Source: Candidatus Omnitrophota bacterium
GTDB taxonomy: Bacteria > Omnitrophota > Gorgyraeia > Zapsychrales > Fredricksoniimonadaceae
Length of the DNA stretch: 64,000 nucleotides
NCBI GenBank assembly: GCA_903860135.1
Contig: CAIOPG010000011.1
Span: 320 to 64,319 of the forward strand
Reading direction: 5' to 3'
The notes under the pieces are model-generated. The model saw only the letters and a program-made list of their open reading frames with translations, had not been told where the DNA came from and made no database searches. Both the position numbers and the translations under genes were made by a program. Shown in pieces: positions 9,591 to 19,389 of the stretch (within the stretch, counting starts at the first letter, position 1; each line of letters starts with the position of its first letter).

Positions 9591-11219
9591 TCACGGAGAA
9601 CTCCGCGCGAATCGCGCACCATAATAAATGCCTGCCGTGGCATCACGTCTTTGTTTAAATCCTGAACTGTCAGGGTCTTTGACAGCATACGTTCTGGCAG
9701 ATATCTGGAAATTCCTGATATTGGCTGTTTGAAAATCACCGCCGCGATACCCGATACCGATGGTTTTGTTAACCCCGCAGCGCGCATCGCTCATATCTAT
9801 GCCAGGCCAATCAACATTGGTCGCATTGCCTTCATGCCCAGAAAAACTGGAGAGTTCACCATCGCCGTGTGTCCCCAAAAACTGCCGGCCTTCTGCGCGG
9901 CCTATCGTGACCACAGGCTCTGCCAGATTACCTGAAAGTTCCATATTCCCGTAGTAACCGGCGCCGCTCGTCGTGCGTGAGGTGGAACTTTCAGCAAATA
10001 TCCCCGCGCGCAAAGGGCCTTTTTGCCCTTCAGCAATGCCGCCAGCACGGCCATCGCCAGACGTCCATCCCAGGGCATTGCGGTTTAAATTCACAGCACC
10101 GTCAAAAAGTGCTTCCGTACCATTCTCGTCGTCATTTGCAGGAAAAATCTGGGCGGCTTCCGCCGCATTATAACTTGTAGTTCCCCAAGCAAATTCATCA
10201 GCGACAGGATTCACGTCGACGCCTCGCGCGGCTTTTTCAAATTCAAGTTCTGTCATCGGACGTAACCCAGCCCAGTCTGCATAAGCCGCCGCATCAGGCC
10301 AGGAAACATAACTCATCGCACGGGCCGGTCTTGTCGTGATCGCTGCCTTTGAAGGAAAAAGAGGATCCCATGCCATGGTATTGCGATCAACGACACGGGT
10401 AGAATTCTTGCCCCCCTCGACAGCGGATGTTATATCCCTGGAATGTTTGGCCGCTATTGACAATGTATTAAAGAAAGCCACCCATTCGCCTTCTGTCAAT
10501 TCATACTTCATCAAATAAAAAGACTTGTACCCTTTGGGGAATGAGTTCGGCAGTAAAAAGATACTGCCTGAATTATTTTCACCGGAAGCACCTGTTGAAT
10601 CATAATAAAATCCGCCAGAAGGCGTGCTTGTCGTGGTAATGGCATTTTCACTGGAAACATACCAAGGGCTATCATCCGCTGTCCCTTTTTTAAAACGGAA
10701 GGGTGATGCGCTGGCTCCATCGCCTGCAAAGAATGCCCCTTCGGGAATATAAACCATTTCAATCCCAAAAACTTTAGTCAATGTATTGGCCGCCATAGCT
10801 GTATCGTCAGAAAGACCATCTTGGGCATAATTCCAAACAAAATGAACCCCATTGGCTTGTACATATCCTGCCGCTATATCCGTTCTGCGAAGAAAAAAAC
10901 CTTTCAAATCCTGAGGAACAAAAACCTCAACACATTGCGGAGCAATAAATCCAGCTGGATTCAAACCCGCCCCCCCCATGCTGGCATGATGCCAAGTTTG
11001 GCCTGCATCTGTTGAATACTTCATGAATATCCATGCCGCGTCATGTGACAATATTGTCCGCCAGCTGTTATTCTGCTGGATATCAACAGTAAAAGTCATC
11101 CGATGAGCAGATGATTCATTTTTATAAAGGTCAAAATGATTTAAAACAAGATTATTAGCAAAAGCAGGGATCGTGCACGAAAGGATTACAAAAACGATAA
11201 GAACAATTTTTTTTAACAT
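9591..11219 (-). CDS. Secreted FGE-sulfatase (SUMF1/C-type lectin fold) domain protein, paralog 2
   Basis: Signal peptide ending PAFA. N-terminal 'NSWR...HDAAWIFMKY' domain. FGE-family motifs MVYIPEGAF, FYLMKYELT, GLRPMTELEFEKAARG, YGNMELSGN, RGGDF, YGARFAR. Confidence 0.85.
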   Translation of the reverse strand: MLKKIVLIVFVILSCTIPAFANNLVLNHFDLYKNESSAHRMTFTVDIQQNNSWRTILSHDAAWIFMKYSTDAGQTWHHASMGGAGLNPAGFIAPQCVEVFVPQDLKGFFLRRTDIAAGYVQANGVHFVWNYAQDGLSDDTAMAANTLTKVFGIEMVYIPEGAFFAGDGASASPFRFKKGTADDSPWYVSSENAITTTSTPSGGFYYDSTGASGENNSGSIFLLPNSFPKGYKSFYLMKYELTEGEWVAFFNTLSIAAKHSRDITSAVEGGKNSTRVVDRNTMAWDPLFPSKAAITTRPARAMSYVSWPDAAAYADWAGLRPMTELEFEKAARGVDVNPVADEFAWGTTSYNAAEAAQIFPANDDENGTEALFDGAVNLNRNALGWTSGDGRAGGIAEGQKGPLRAGIFAESSTSRTTSGAGYYGNMELSGNLAEPVVTIGRAEGRQFLGTHGDGELSSFSGHEGNATNVDWPGIDMSDARCGVNKTIGIGYRGGDFQTANIRNFQISARTYAVKDPDSSGFKQRRDATAGIYYGARFARSSP

Positions 11220-11250
11220 AGTTTTTATTCGAGGTTAAGGGTTGATCAGC

Positions 11251-12831
11251 CTACAGGCCTTCCGCCGAACGGACACCGCGCCCGCCATAGGTAGATGTGG
11301 CATCAGAGGAACTTGATGCCGCTTCACTGCGATCTGAGATCGAAAGATGTGTTGACGCGTCATTCCATGATCCACCACGAAAACCAGCACCAGCCGTTGT
11401 TGTGATACCTCGGGACACATCCATATTTAATCCTGGCCATGAGATTGAATCAGCATTGCCTTCAAAACCTGACGCCGTTGTTAACACGCCATCACCGTTA
11501 GCACGCGTAAAAACAAGCCCCGCCGACAAACCAACGGACACGGCCCATTCTTTCGCATTGCCTGAAAGTTCCATGGCACCATAACTGCCGGCACCGGAAA
11601 GAATGCGGTCGGTAGAATCCGTGGCAAAAATACCGCCACGTAAGGTGCCCCGACGATAAGCTGTTCCAAGAGCGGCGTCTCCGCCAGAAATCAACGTTCC
11701 GCCGAAATGGGCATTAGCACCATTAGTATTTGATGACTCAAGCCCATCTTCAGCACTGTTTGAAAGTGCTGTCAGTGGCTGGATGTCCGTTGTCCCCCAG
11801 GCAAATTCACCATTTACAGGGAGATAGGGACCGCGCGCCGCTTTTTCAAATTCAAGCTCAGTGATCGGCCTTAACCCCGCCCAATCGAGAAAGGCACACA
11901 AATCAGGCCAAGATAAAAACGTCATGGCTCTGTTTGGCCGCTCACTCGAGCACATCAACGGTGACCCAGCACAGGCTATTGTATTACGGTCAATCACAGC
12001 GTCAGCATTTTTATGTGATACGTTTGTAACATCATGATTGGCACGGCCCGGCGCAGATAATGAATTGATAAATTCAACCCATTGTCCTTCTGTTATTTCA
12101 TATTTCATCATATAAAATGCTTCAAACCCTTTAGGGAAAGTAGCGGGAATTATAAATGCAGAACCTGAAGCAAATTCACCGTTATTGCCTGCTGAAACAT
12201 AATAATAGGCATTTGAAGATGCGGCTGATACATTGATGGCAGACTCACTGGTGATGGGCCAAGGATTGTTATCAACACCGCCACGTTGAAACGCAGCCGC
12301 TGACGCAGCATAATCCCCGGCGTAAAACATCCCGCGTGGAACATAGACCATTTCATAAGCTGTAACAGTGGCAGTCACTTGACTTTCAGCACTTAAACCA
12401 GCTGTTTCATAATTAACAGTCAGCATCACATTCGTTGTTGCTACAGCCGAAGACATATGATTGGAAGTACGACGAATAAAAGCACCAACTTTATCGGAAG
12501 GAATCTGAATCTCAAGTTCAGTATTGGAACCGGCGGAAACACCGGCAGGATTTAAACCATTGATCGATAGCCGGCACAGCTTCTTTTCAGGTGATGCTGC
12601 GGTTACATCCTGCAAATGAACGGTAACCCAAGCCGCATCATGATTGATCTTGTTCCGCCAAGAGTTTTGCCAGGCAAGATCAAAAAAAACAGCAATAGTT
12701 TTTGAATTAGTATCTCTTGAGCCAAGATGAACATTGGTGACTTTTAAATCATTAGCCCATGCGCCAAATGAGAAAAAAACAACACAAAAGAAAAACACAA
12801 CTCCTAAAATCCCTGAAATTCTAACGCGCAT
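11251..12831 (-). CDS. Secreted FGE-sulfatase (SUMF1/C-type lectin fold) domain protein, paralog 1
   Basis: Signal peptide ending GAWA. Motifs FDLAWQNSWR..HDAAWV, MVYVPRGMF, FYMMKYEIT, GLRPITELEFEKAARG, YGAMELSGN, RGGSW, GGRGVR. Clearly homologous to 9591..11219. Confidence 0.85.
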   Translation of the reverse strand: MRVRISGILGVVFFFCVVFFSFGAWANDLKVTNVHLGSRDTNSKTIAVFFDLAWQNSWRNKINHDAAWVTVHLQDVTAASPEKKLCRLSINGLNPAGVSAGSNTELEIQIPSDKVGAFIRRTSNHMSSAVATTNVMLTVNYETAGLSAESQVTATVTAYEMVYVPRGMFYAGDYAASAAAFQRGGVDNNPWPITSESAINVSAASSNAYYYVSAGNNGEFASGSAFIIPATFPKGFEAFYMMKYEITEGQWVEFINSLSAPGRANHDVTNVSHKNADAVIDRNTIACAGSPLMCSSERPNRAMTFLSWPDLCAFLDWAGLRPITELEFEKAARGPYLPVNGEFAWGTTDIQPLTALSNSAEDGLESSNTNGANAHFGGTLISGGDAALGTAYRRGTLRGGIFATDSTDRILSGAGSYGAMELSGNAKEWAVSVGLSAGLVFTRANGDGVLTTASGFEGNADSISWPGLNMDVSRGITTTAGAGFRGGSWNDASTHLSISDRSEAASSSSDATSTYGGRGVRSAEGL

Positions 12832-12897
12832 ACCACTCCTTTATTCGCTCGGCCTTTTCTTAGGAAAAAAAGCCTTTTCCAACAAAATAGGGATTTC

Positions 12898-13761
12898 TTA
12901 TCTGGCTACATTCTGATGACCTGAAAGTTCAGGCTTATCCAATTTTGAGTCAATATGACTCCGGAGCGCAAGCCTCGCCGCGATTATCTTTTCTTCAACT
13001 AACTTTCGATCTTCGGCCTGAGGTTTTAAATAAAGATACCATTGATAATGCTTAAGGGCCGTTTCCTGATCACCCACAAATTCACCACTGACATAGGCGA
13101 GATTGTAATGGCCATCAGCATCATAAGGTGTTAGATCAACAGCCTGATAATATTCGACCGCCGCACGCTGATACTCGCCTCGTTCAAAATATACGTTACC
13201 CATATTGTAGTGCGCCCGTGCCAGTTCTTCTTTGAACTTTTCATCTTCAGGAGCAGTATCTCCACCCTTTTGAAGAACTTCACCGGCTTTCTTTTCTACA
13301 TCAAACGCTGGAATATCCGAACTCACAGCAACGGGTTGCTGTACGACTTTTCTGTGACCTAAATCCTGCGAATCCTGCAGATCTGTTTCAAACTTCTTCA
13401 TCCGCACTTCAAAAGACTCCTGCTGTTGCGATAAACCAGATTTTAAAGCTTCGATTTCCTTTGTCTGTTTCACATTCTGGTTCTCGGCACGGCGAATTTC
13501 CTTGATAAACTCTTCCCGTTCACGGCTCATCTGTTCGACACGTTTCGCCTCAAATTCCTTTTCATTGCGCACACGCTCAAGTTCTTTCTTTAACATTTCA
13601 GGGTCAGATTGGGCGCTCTGCACAACGCCTGTGCCTGCAGCTAATACGGCGGCAGGTGCTGATAGGAACAGACCACCGATGACCGTAGCGAAAAGAAAAC
13701 CAAAATTAGTAATTCTTGATGGCCTCATAGAGAACCTCTCCCCGAAGAGTTTGACGCTCAT
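12898..13761 (-). CDS. Exported coiled-coil + TPR protein
   Basis: Hydrophobic N-terminus, charged coiled-coil stretch, TPR motifs AHYNMGNVY...YQRAAVEY...P and GHYNLAYV...ALKHYQWYL..P. Overlaps the secretin stop by 4 nt. Confidence 0.85.
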   Translation of the reverse strand: MSVKLFGERFSMRPSRITNFGFLFATVIGGLFLSAPAAVLAAGTGVVQSAQSDPEMLKKELERVRNEKEFEAKRVEQMSREREEFIKEIRRAENQNVKQTKEIEALKSGLSQQQESFEVRMKKFETDLQDSQDLGHRKVVQQPVAVSSDIPAFDVEKKAGEVLQKGGDTAPEDEKFKEELARAHYNMGNVYFERGEYQRAAVEYYQAVDLTPYDADGHYNLAYVSGEFVGDQETALKHYQWYLYLKPQAEDRKLVEEKIIAARLALRSHIDSKLDKPELSGHQNVAR

Positions 13762-15353
13762 TTGTTGTAGGCCTTAGACGGCTTTATTGTCCCGTCAGGT
13801 GCCTTGTAATTTTCTTTGCCGGTTAAAATGTGCGGTGTAATAAAAATTACAATTTCTGACGAGGAAATGCTATCCGACTCGCGACTGAACAATTTATCAA
13901 TATACGGAAGGTTCATCAGGATCGGAAGGCCTTTTTTGCTGTGGATCTTGTCGTCCTTGCGCAAACCAGCCATGATAATGGTTGTTCCATCTTCAACCAC
14001 AAGGGTGGTCTCAACTTCGGTTTTATTAACCTGCGGGATACCACCGCCCTTGGAGGTGATCTTGTCAACCACTGAAGAAATTTCAGGACGTAATTTCATG
14101 GTTATCATGCCGTCATCATTAATTGTCGGTGTAACATTCAGTTTTAAACCGACATCAATAAATCTGACATCTTCACTCGTGATCGCATTGTCACCCGTAC
14201 CGGAAACCGTGGAGATAATATACGGCACGGTATCACCAATATGGATGCGAGACTCTTCGTTATTAACAGCCATGATCTTGGGATTTGAAAGCAACTTGGT
14301 ATCACTCACCTGTTCCATGGCACGAATGTTAAAGGCAAATCTGTCCGCGTTAATATTCCCTACCGCGATCTGACCAAAGCTACTGGATAAATTATCCGTC
14401 GAAGACATACCACTTTTATCAAGAAAAATATTTTTAAACTGCAGGTTGGGAGTTGCTTTGTTACTCGAAGCGATGTTCCAGTCAATGCCGGCGTCATAAC
14501 TTGGCTTGAATATGACCTGCAGGATGCGCGCTTCGATAAGAACTTCCTTCGTTGGTTCATCTAAATGACGAACGATCTTTTCAACCTCGTCTTTACGCCC
14601 GGGGAACACACGCACCACAAGCTGGTTTGAGCGTTCATCGGCGGATATCGAACCGACGGATTTCGCATCAATACGGGCACGCAGTTTGTCTGCGATAATA
14701 TTAGCTTTGGCATACTGCAAATTGTAGACCAGTGTTTCCAACGGCTGCTCAATTTCAGCGAGAACTTTCTTCATCTTGGCAATGGAATCAGGTGTATCGA
14801 TCAATACGACCGCACCGGTATCTTCATCTATAATGATCTTTCCGACATTGCTTTTCATATTGTCAAGCGCGGCAAGGACATAACTGGGTTTGGCATATTG
14901 CAAACGGAACGTAGCCACTACGGTCTTGTCGCTGAATTGTTTGCCGAACATCGCTTCATATTCAGCCCCTGTCATCACTTGAATAATATTGTTCTGGATA
15001 CTGTAAGCCAACCGGCTTGAAATCGTTACGATATCCAGCGCATCCTTGATCGCGACATTGTCAAGGAGAACCGTTGTCCGGCCATCTACCGACGGGCTTA
15101 TAACAACATTAAACTCACCCTTCATGGCAAGGAACTTGAGCACATCTACGATATTCATGTCGCGCACATCCAGCACGATCTTGCGTGCCATGCGCTCTTC
15201 AAGTATTTCTTTCGGCTGAGTAATAACAAGTGGCTTTGGTTGTTCTGGCTCTTCAGCCGTTGCCGGGCATGATCGTGCGATCGCTATCAGCAATGCCATG
15301 CCAGCGCACAATGTCAACATGATCCTGCGGGGGGAATGTGTGTGGTTTGTCAT
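13758..15353 (-). CDS. Secretin (GspD/PilQ family outer-membrane channel)
   Basis: Signal peptide. N-domain 'LDVRDMNIVDVLKFLA...NVVISPSVDGRTT'. Secretin_N repeats (LQYAK...DERSNQLVV). C-domain motifs VLIEARIL, LLSNPKI, DVGLKLNVTPTIN, GLPILMNLPYIDKLF, EIVIFITPHI. Confidence 0.93.
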   Translation of the reverse strand: MTNHTHSPRRIMLTLCAGMALLIAIARSCPATAEEPEQPKPLVITQPKEILEERMARKIVLDVRDMNIVDVLKFLAMKGEFNVVISPSVDGRTTVLLDNVAIKDALDIVTISSRLAYSIQNNIIQVMTGAEYEAMFGKQFSDKTVVATFRLQYAKPSYVLAALDNMKSNVGKIIIDEDTGAVVLIDTPDSIAKMKKVLAEIEQPLETLVYNLQYAKANIIADKLRARIDAKSVGSISADERSNQLVVRVFPGRKDEVEKIVRHLDEPTKEVLIEARILQVIFKPSYDAGIDWNIASSNKATPNLQFKNIFLDKSGMSSTDNLSSSFGQIAVGNINADRFAFNIRAMEQVSDTKLLSNPKIMAVNNEESRIHIGDTVPYIISTVSGTGDNAITSEDVRFIDVGLKLNVTPTINDDGMITMKLRPEISSVVDKITSKGGGIPQVNKTEVETTLVVEDGTTIIMAGLRKDDKIHSKKGLPILMNLPYIDKLFSRESDSISSSEIVIFITPHILTGKENYKAPDGTIKPSKAYNK

Positions 15354-15961
15354 AACTTAATCGTTATCTCCTCGTTTGCGTAACTGAAGACCGCCCTGTC
15401 GGTGTAAATAGTCTTGACCGTAACTCCCTCAAGCTTGTCGCCTTCTCTCAGAAAACGCGTTTCTTTTGTGGTGAGATTTTCCAGCATAACTGTTGCCGAT
15501 TCTGGGATATCAAGCCAGGCTACCCCCACAAACTTGTATTTCGCCATTTTTGCCTGCATGACCACACGGTCTGAAGGCAGCGCCTGTTCAGCGGCCGCAC
15601 GCTTTTCAAAAGGCTGAAAAATATTCCGGGCCGAAACTTTGCCGAGATACCAAGAGGCTTCTTTCATCCGTGGAATAGATACCGAACCTTCGTCTTGCAC
15701 CACAGGCAAGTCAACCGCAATGCGCACCTGCGCATCGAGGCGGGAACGTCCGTTAAGCAATTCCATGACCATAAAAATAAATCCTGCCACAACGGTTAAA
15801 AAAAGAACAAGGTTGATCTGGCGCAATGAAACGGCAATCCTCGACGGAGAAGATTTTTTAGGGATCGAAGCAGGGGCAACAACCAACGCAGCCTCTTTGG
15901 CTTTTTGGGTAGCCTCGATGATCTTGAGAAGTTTTTCTTCTGCGGTTTCTTTCTTGGCCAT
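15350..15961 (-). CDS. GspC/PilP-like inner-membrane accessory protein of secretin system
   Basis: Single TM helix, an 'RNIF' motif and a C-terminal beta domain 'KFVGVAW...VMLEN...LREGDKLEGVTVKTIYTDRAVF' typical of GspC HR/PilP domains. Overlaps the secretin start. Confidence 0.7.
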   Translation of the reverse strand: MAKKETAEEKLLKIIEATQKAKEAALVVAPASIPKKSSPSRIAVSLRQINLVLFLTVVAGFIFMVMELLNGRSRLDAQVRIAVDLPVVQDEGSVSIPRMKEASWYLGKVSARNIFQPFEKRAAAEQALPSDRVVMQAKMAKYKFVGVAWLDIPESATVMLENLTTKETRFLREGDKLEGVTVKTIYTDRAVFSYANEEITIKL

Positions 15962-16058
15962 CGTCGCTGTCGTTGGTTAAATCAGTTTTATATTAACTAC
16001 TTTTTCGTTTCAAGAACATTTTTATATTAACATAGAGGAAATGCCCCGCAAGTTGTTT

Positions 16059-17036
16059 TTAAACTTTCTTAACAGACAAAAATCTGTTGCTCATTAAAGT
16101 CATCCCGCCGGCAACAAATCCCGCACTGCGCGCAAATGCCCGCAACCACATAACCGCTCCCGCAAGCACCGCCAATATTATAGATTTGAAAATTATAATG
16201 CCAAATATAAATTCAAAAACAAGAAGTGTCCCGCCGACAACGCTCAGCCATGGCCAAAAGAACACCAGCGGCCCGTGCGCCAGTGTCCATGGCACCTCAA
16301 CAGCATCTTTCCAGAATGTATACCCGTCGCCACCCATCATGCGGGGGTGCTCCCCGTACATCTTCGCGCGCCAGAACCCATGACGAAATTGCTCGCGCAA
16401 ATACCGCCTCAACGATTCCTGATGATAATGATCGACGCGGACATCGGGTAAAAAAAGAATGCGCCCTCCGCCGGCAGCAATGCGATAACTGAGGTCATTG
16501 TCTTCCCCGCTTGCCTGGCGGTAACCGGCGTTAAATCCGCCGGCAGCTTCGAACACCGCACGGCGAACAGCAAAATTATAGCTCCCGAAGAACCGCGGAT
16601 ACTGTGGCATCAGGGTGCGGTGGCGATAGATGATTTCAGCATGAATGATGCGTGCCAGCCACGCATGAGGATTGGCGATGCCATAGCTTCCCGATACAAC
16701 CGCAATATCCGGACGGTCAAAGCCCTGCATCATACCGGCAAGCCACCCGCGCTGGGGACAGCAGTCTGCATCCGTAAAAAAAAGAAACTCCCCGCCAGCT
16801 TCCCGGGCACCACGATTGCGCGCGCCTGCCGGACCGGTATTCTCCTGACGAATAAGGCGCACCTCCGGATAACGCGCCACAACATCTTTAGTCTGGTCTG
16901 TCGAACCATCATCGACCACCACCAGCTCCACAGAACCGGCATAAGCCTGCGCCATGACAGCCTCAATGGCTGAGGCGATCGTTTCCTGCGCGTTATACGC
17001 CGGGATAATGACCGTTATCCGCGCCTCAACGGGCAT
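16059..17036 (-). CDS. GT2 family glycosyltransferase with C-terminal TM helices
   Basis: ITVIIPAYN, VVDDGSTD, GPAGARNRG, FTDAD, GEDNDL motifs. Confidence 0.92.
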   Translation of the reverse strand: MPVEARITVIIPAYNAQETIASAIEAVMAQAYAGSVELVVVDDGSTDQTKDVVARYPEVRLIRQENTGPAGARNRGAREAGGEFLFFTDADCCPQRGWLAGMMQGFDRPDIAVVSGSYGIANPHAWLARIIHAEIIYRHRTLMPQYPRFFGSYNFAVRRAVFEAAGGFNAGYRQASGEDNDLSYRIAAGGGRILFLPDVRVDHYHQESLRRYLREQFRHGFWRAKMYGEHPRMMGGDGYTFWKDAVEVPWTLAHGPLVFFWPWLSVVGGTLLVFEFIFGIIIFKSIILAVLAGAVMWLRAFARSAGFVAGGMTLMSNRFLSVKKV

Positions 17037-17382
17037 CTTTGCCGCCTTTCAACTGCTTTAATTCCAGCTCGAGCAAGCCGATGGCCTGCGCCATCCGGTC
17101 ATTGCGCCTGTTTTGCTGGCAAAGAAAGACAGTCATCAAAAGGCTGACGAAAACAAACGCACACAAGATGGCGAAGAAAATAAAGTTACTGGCCAGCTCA
17201 AAACCGCAAAAAGCCGAAATAGAAAAAAGAAGGTCCTTAAAGATGGAACAGACGACGCCCGTCGACGACAGAAAAAGCCACACAAAAGCATACTTGAACG
17301 TCAATCTTTCCCGACGCACAAGCTCTACGACCAGGATCAGGACGATCAAAGAAAGAATCGCGGCAAGCCACTGGATGGTCAT
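17026..17382 (-). CDS. DUF2304 family membrane protein
   Basis: Small 3-TM protein (LVRRERLTFKYAFVWL ... LAQ-type coiled tail) directly after a DPM1-like GT2, the usual context for this family. Confidence 0.8.
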   Translation of the reverse strand: MTIQWLAAILSLIVLILVVELVRRERLTFKYAFVWLFLSSTGVVCSIFKDLLFSISAFCGFELASNFIFFAILCAFVFVSLLMTVFLCQQNRRNDRMAQAIGLLELELKQLKGGKDAR

Positions 17383-18095
17383 GGTTCATATACCTTTCTG
17401 TTCTTTAATGTATGCAAAAGAATGGCACCCGATACTTTAAGCATATAATAAAATGGCTTCAGAAAAGAGATAGAACTGATCCCGGACGTGCGTGAACGCA
17501 TCACAACCGGCACTTCAATATGAGAACCTCCCAGGCGATGAACAACCATAGCGGCTTCCGGCTCGGGGAAGTCCGACGGATAATACGTCGCAAATACGCT
17601 TATAAACCGTTTGCCGCAAGCGCGGAAACCCGATGTCGGGTCCGTCACCGTACGCCCTGTCAGAAAACTAATGAGCACGCTCAGGAACCTGATGCCAACC
17701 CGGCGGAAAGCCGAAGAACGAAACCCCTGATTGCCCGCCATAAAACGACTGCCAACAGACATATCCGCGCGGCCTTCGGCCACAGGACGCACAACGTCCA
17801 ACAAAAAAACAGGGTCGTGCTGGGCATCCCCGTCCACCTGGATAGCGATATCATAGCCATGCGCCAGGGCATAACGGTAGCCGGTCTGAACAGCACCGCC
17901 GATACCCAGATTAAAAGGCAACCGCACGGCATCGGCTCCGGCAGCCGTAGCGCGCGCGAAGGTATCGTCAGAAGACCCGTCGTCGATCACCAGCACATGA
18001 ACAGGCACCGGCTGAGCCAGCACCTCGCCGACGATCGCCCCGATCGATCCCGCCTCATTAAAAGCAGGGATAATCACAAGGACTTTGGGCGTCAT
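17379..18095 (-). CDS. GT2 glycosyltransferase (DPM1-like polyprenol-phosphate glycosyltransferase)
   Basis: VIIPAFNE, IDDGSSD, NLGIGGAVQTG, VDGDAQH, GSRF, DPTSGFRA motifs. Confidence 0.92.
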   Translation of the reverse strand: MTPKVLVIIPAFNEAGSIGAIVGEVLAQPVPVHVLVIDDGSSDDTFARATAAGADAVRLPFNLGIGGAVQTGYRYALAHGYDIAIQVDGDAQHDPVFLLDVVRPVAEGRADMSVGSRFMAGNQGFRSSAFRRVGIRFLSVLISFLTGRTVTDPTSGFRACGKRFISVFATYYPSDFPEPEAAMVVHRLGGSHIEVPVVMRSRTSGISSISFLKPFYYMLKVSGAILLHTLKNRKVYEP

Positions 18096-19345
18096 CGCCG
18101 AAGCCCCCGTGACATATACAGATACTTCGCGGCCAGGTTCACCGCTTCGCTCTTACCTGTAACTGTCAAACTCTCATCAGGCATAACCCCGTCAAACGGA
18201 AACGGTCTTCCGTCGGGAAAATGTCCGCGGGCATTGACCAGTGCCAAGGTAGATCCGTCGGAAAGATCGAACATGCTTTTCAGGAGAACCTGCCCGGCTG
18301 TCTGCTCTCCCAGGACAACAGCACGCTTGTGATCTTGCAACATGCCTGAAAAAAGCTCGGCCGCACTCCCAGTCCCTTTGTTAACAAGGACAGCCACAGG
18401 CCAGTCCACCTGAAAGCGCGCCGGAATAACGGGAATATCCAGGTCTGCGCGCGGCCGTTTGCGACCTTCAAAATAAACCAGCGCTTTCCCGTTGGGCAGG
18501 AAGAATGAAGATATGGCCCGCGCCGCCAGCGGCGGACCACCTGGATTATCCCTGAGATCAAGGACAAGACCCTTGGGATTCCTGGGGCCAATCAAGCCCA
18601 GCAACCGGCTAAAATCATCCGGGGTCCCCTTATTGAACTTGGCGATCTCAAGGCAATAAATATCCGCCACACCGGTCGGACGAAGAAAAACCGTCTGTTT
18701 AAAATATTCGCGGCAAAGCACCTCGATGGTATGCGGGGCTCTGGTTTGACCGGAGAAGAAATTAATTAAAATCGTCGTGCCTTCCAAAGGATTGAGCATT
18801 TCTTTCAGCCGCGCCTCACCGAGCTTCAGGACATCCTGATCGGCTATGCGGACGATCAAGTCATTTTCTCTCATCCCCTTCTCATAGGCATCAGACCTTG
18901 GTTCAATGAAATCGATCAGCATGCCTTTTTCCGTCAGATGACCTTCGATGCCAAGATCGATCTTCTTGCCGTAGACTTCCTTGGCAAACTCCTGCGCGGG
19001 TTTCGGCGGCAGGAAACGGGAAAATTTGTCGTCTGGCTGTTTGAGCATATCGACAAGATACGCCGCACTGCGCCAGCGGATGTAATCCTGGCTCTTGCGT
19101 TGACGCAGGATACCGGGATAAATCTGCGCATCGAAAACTTCAAGGAAACGATCGAAGTCGGAACGGTTCAGTTCAAAGAAATACTGTGCTTCCATCAATG
19201 AATAGATCTCTTCAAAGAAAGGCAGGTATTGCTGGTGAGGCGGCTCTGCCGCACGGGCAACTGTGTTCAACGCCAAAGGAGAAATAAAGAAAGCGACCAT
19301 CACAATGCCGCATAGATAAGACCGTCCTGCCTGAAATAAACGCAT
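18092..19345 (-). CDS. S41 family C-terminal processing peptidase (PDZ + protease)
   Basis: LDLRDNPGG, VLVNKGTGSAAELF, GEQTAGQ and GVMPD motifs plus a PDZ region. Start moved to ATG 19345 (signal peptide follows, and the overlap with the ligase gene disappears). Confidence 0.85.
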   Translation of the reverse strand: MRLFQAGRSYLCGIVMVAFFISPLALNTVARAAEPPHQQYLPFFEEIYSLMEAQYFFELNRSDFDRFLEVFDAQIYPGILRQRKSQDYIRWRSAAYLVDMLKQPDDKFSRFLPPKPAQEFAKEVYGKKIDLGIEGHLTEKGMLIDFIEPRSDAYEKGMRENDLIVRIADQDVLKLGEARLKEMLNPLEGTTILINFFSGQTRAPHTIEVLCREYFKQTVFLRPTGVADIYCLEIAKFNKGTPDDFSRLLGLIGPRNPKGLVLDLRDNPGGPPLAARAISSFFLPNGKALVYFEGRKRPRADLDIPVIPARFQVDWPVAVLVNKGTGSAAELFSGMLQDHKRAVVLGEQTAGQVLLKSMFDLSDGSTLALVNARGHFPDGRPFPFDGVMPDESLTVTGKSEAVNLAAKYLYMSRGLRR

Positions 19346-19389
19346 AACACACCCCGCTGAAACCACATTACGATCAAAAAGAACCTTTG

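Noticed and set aside
9591-12831. Diversity-generating retroelement targeting the FGE/CLec proteins
   Set aside because: No reverse transcriptase and no near-identical template repeat differing at adenines was seen in the window. A remote DGR cannot be excluded.
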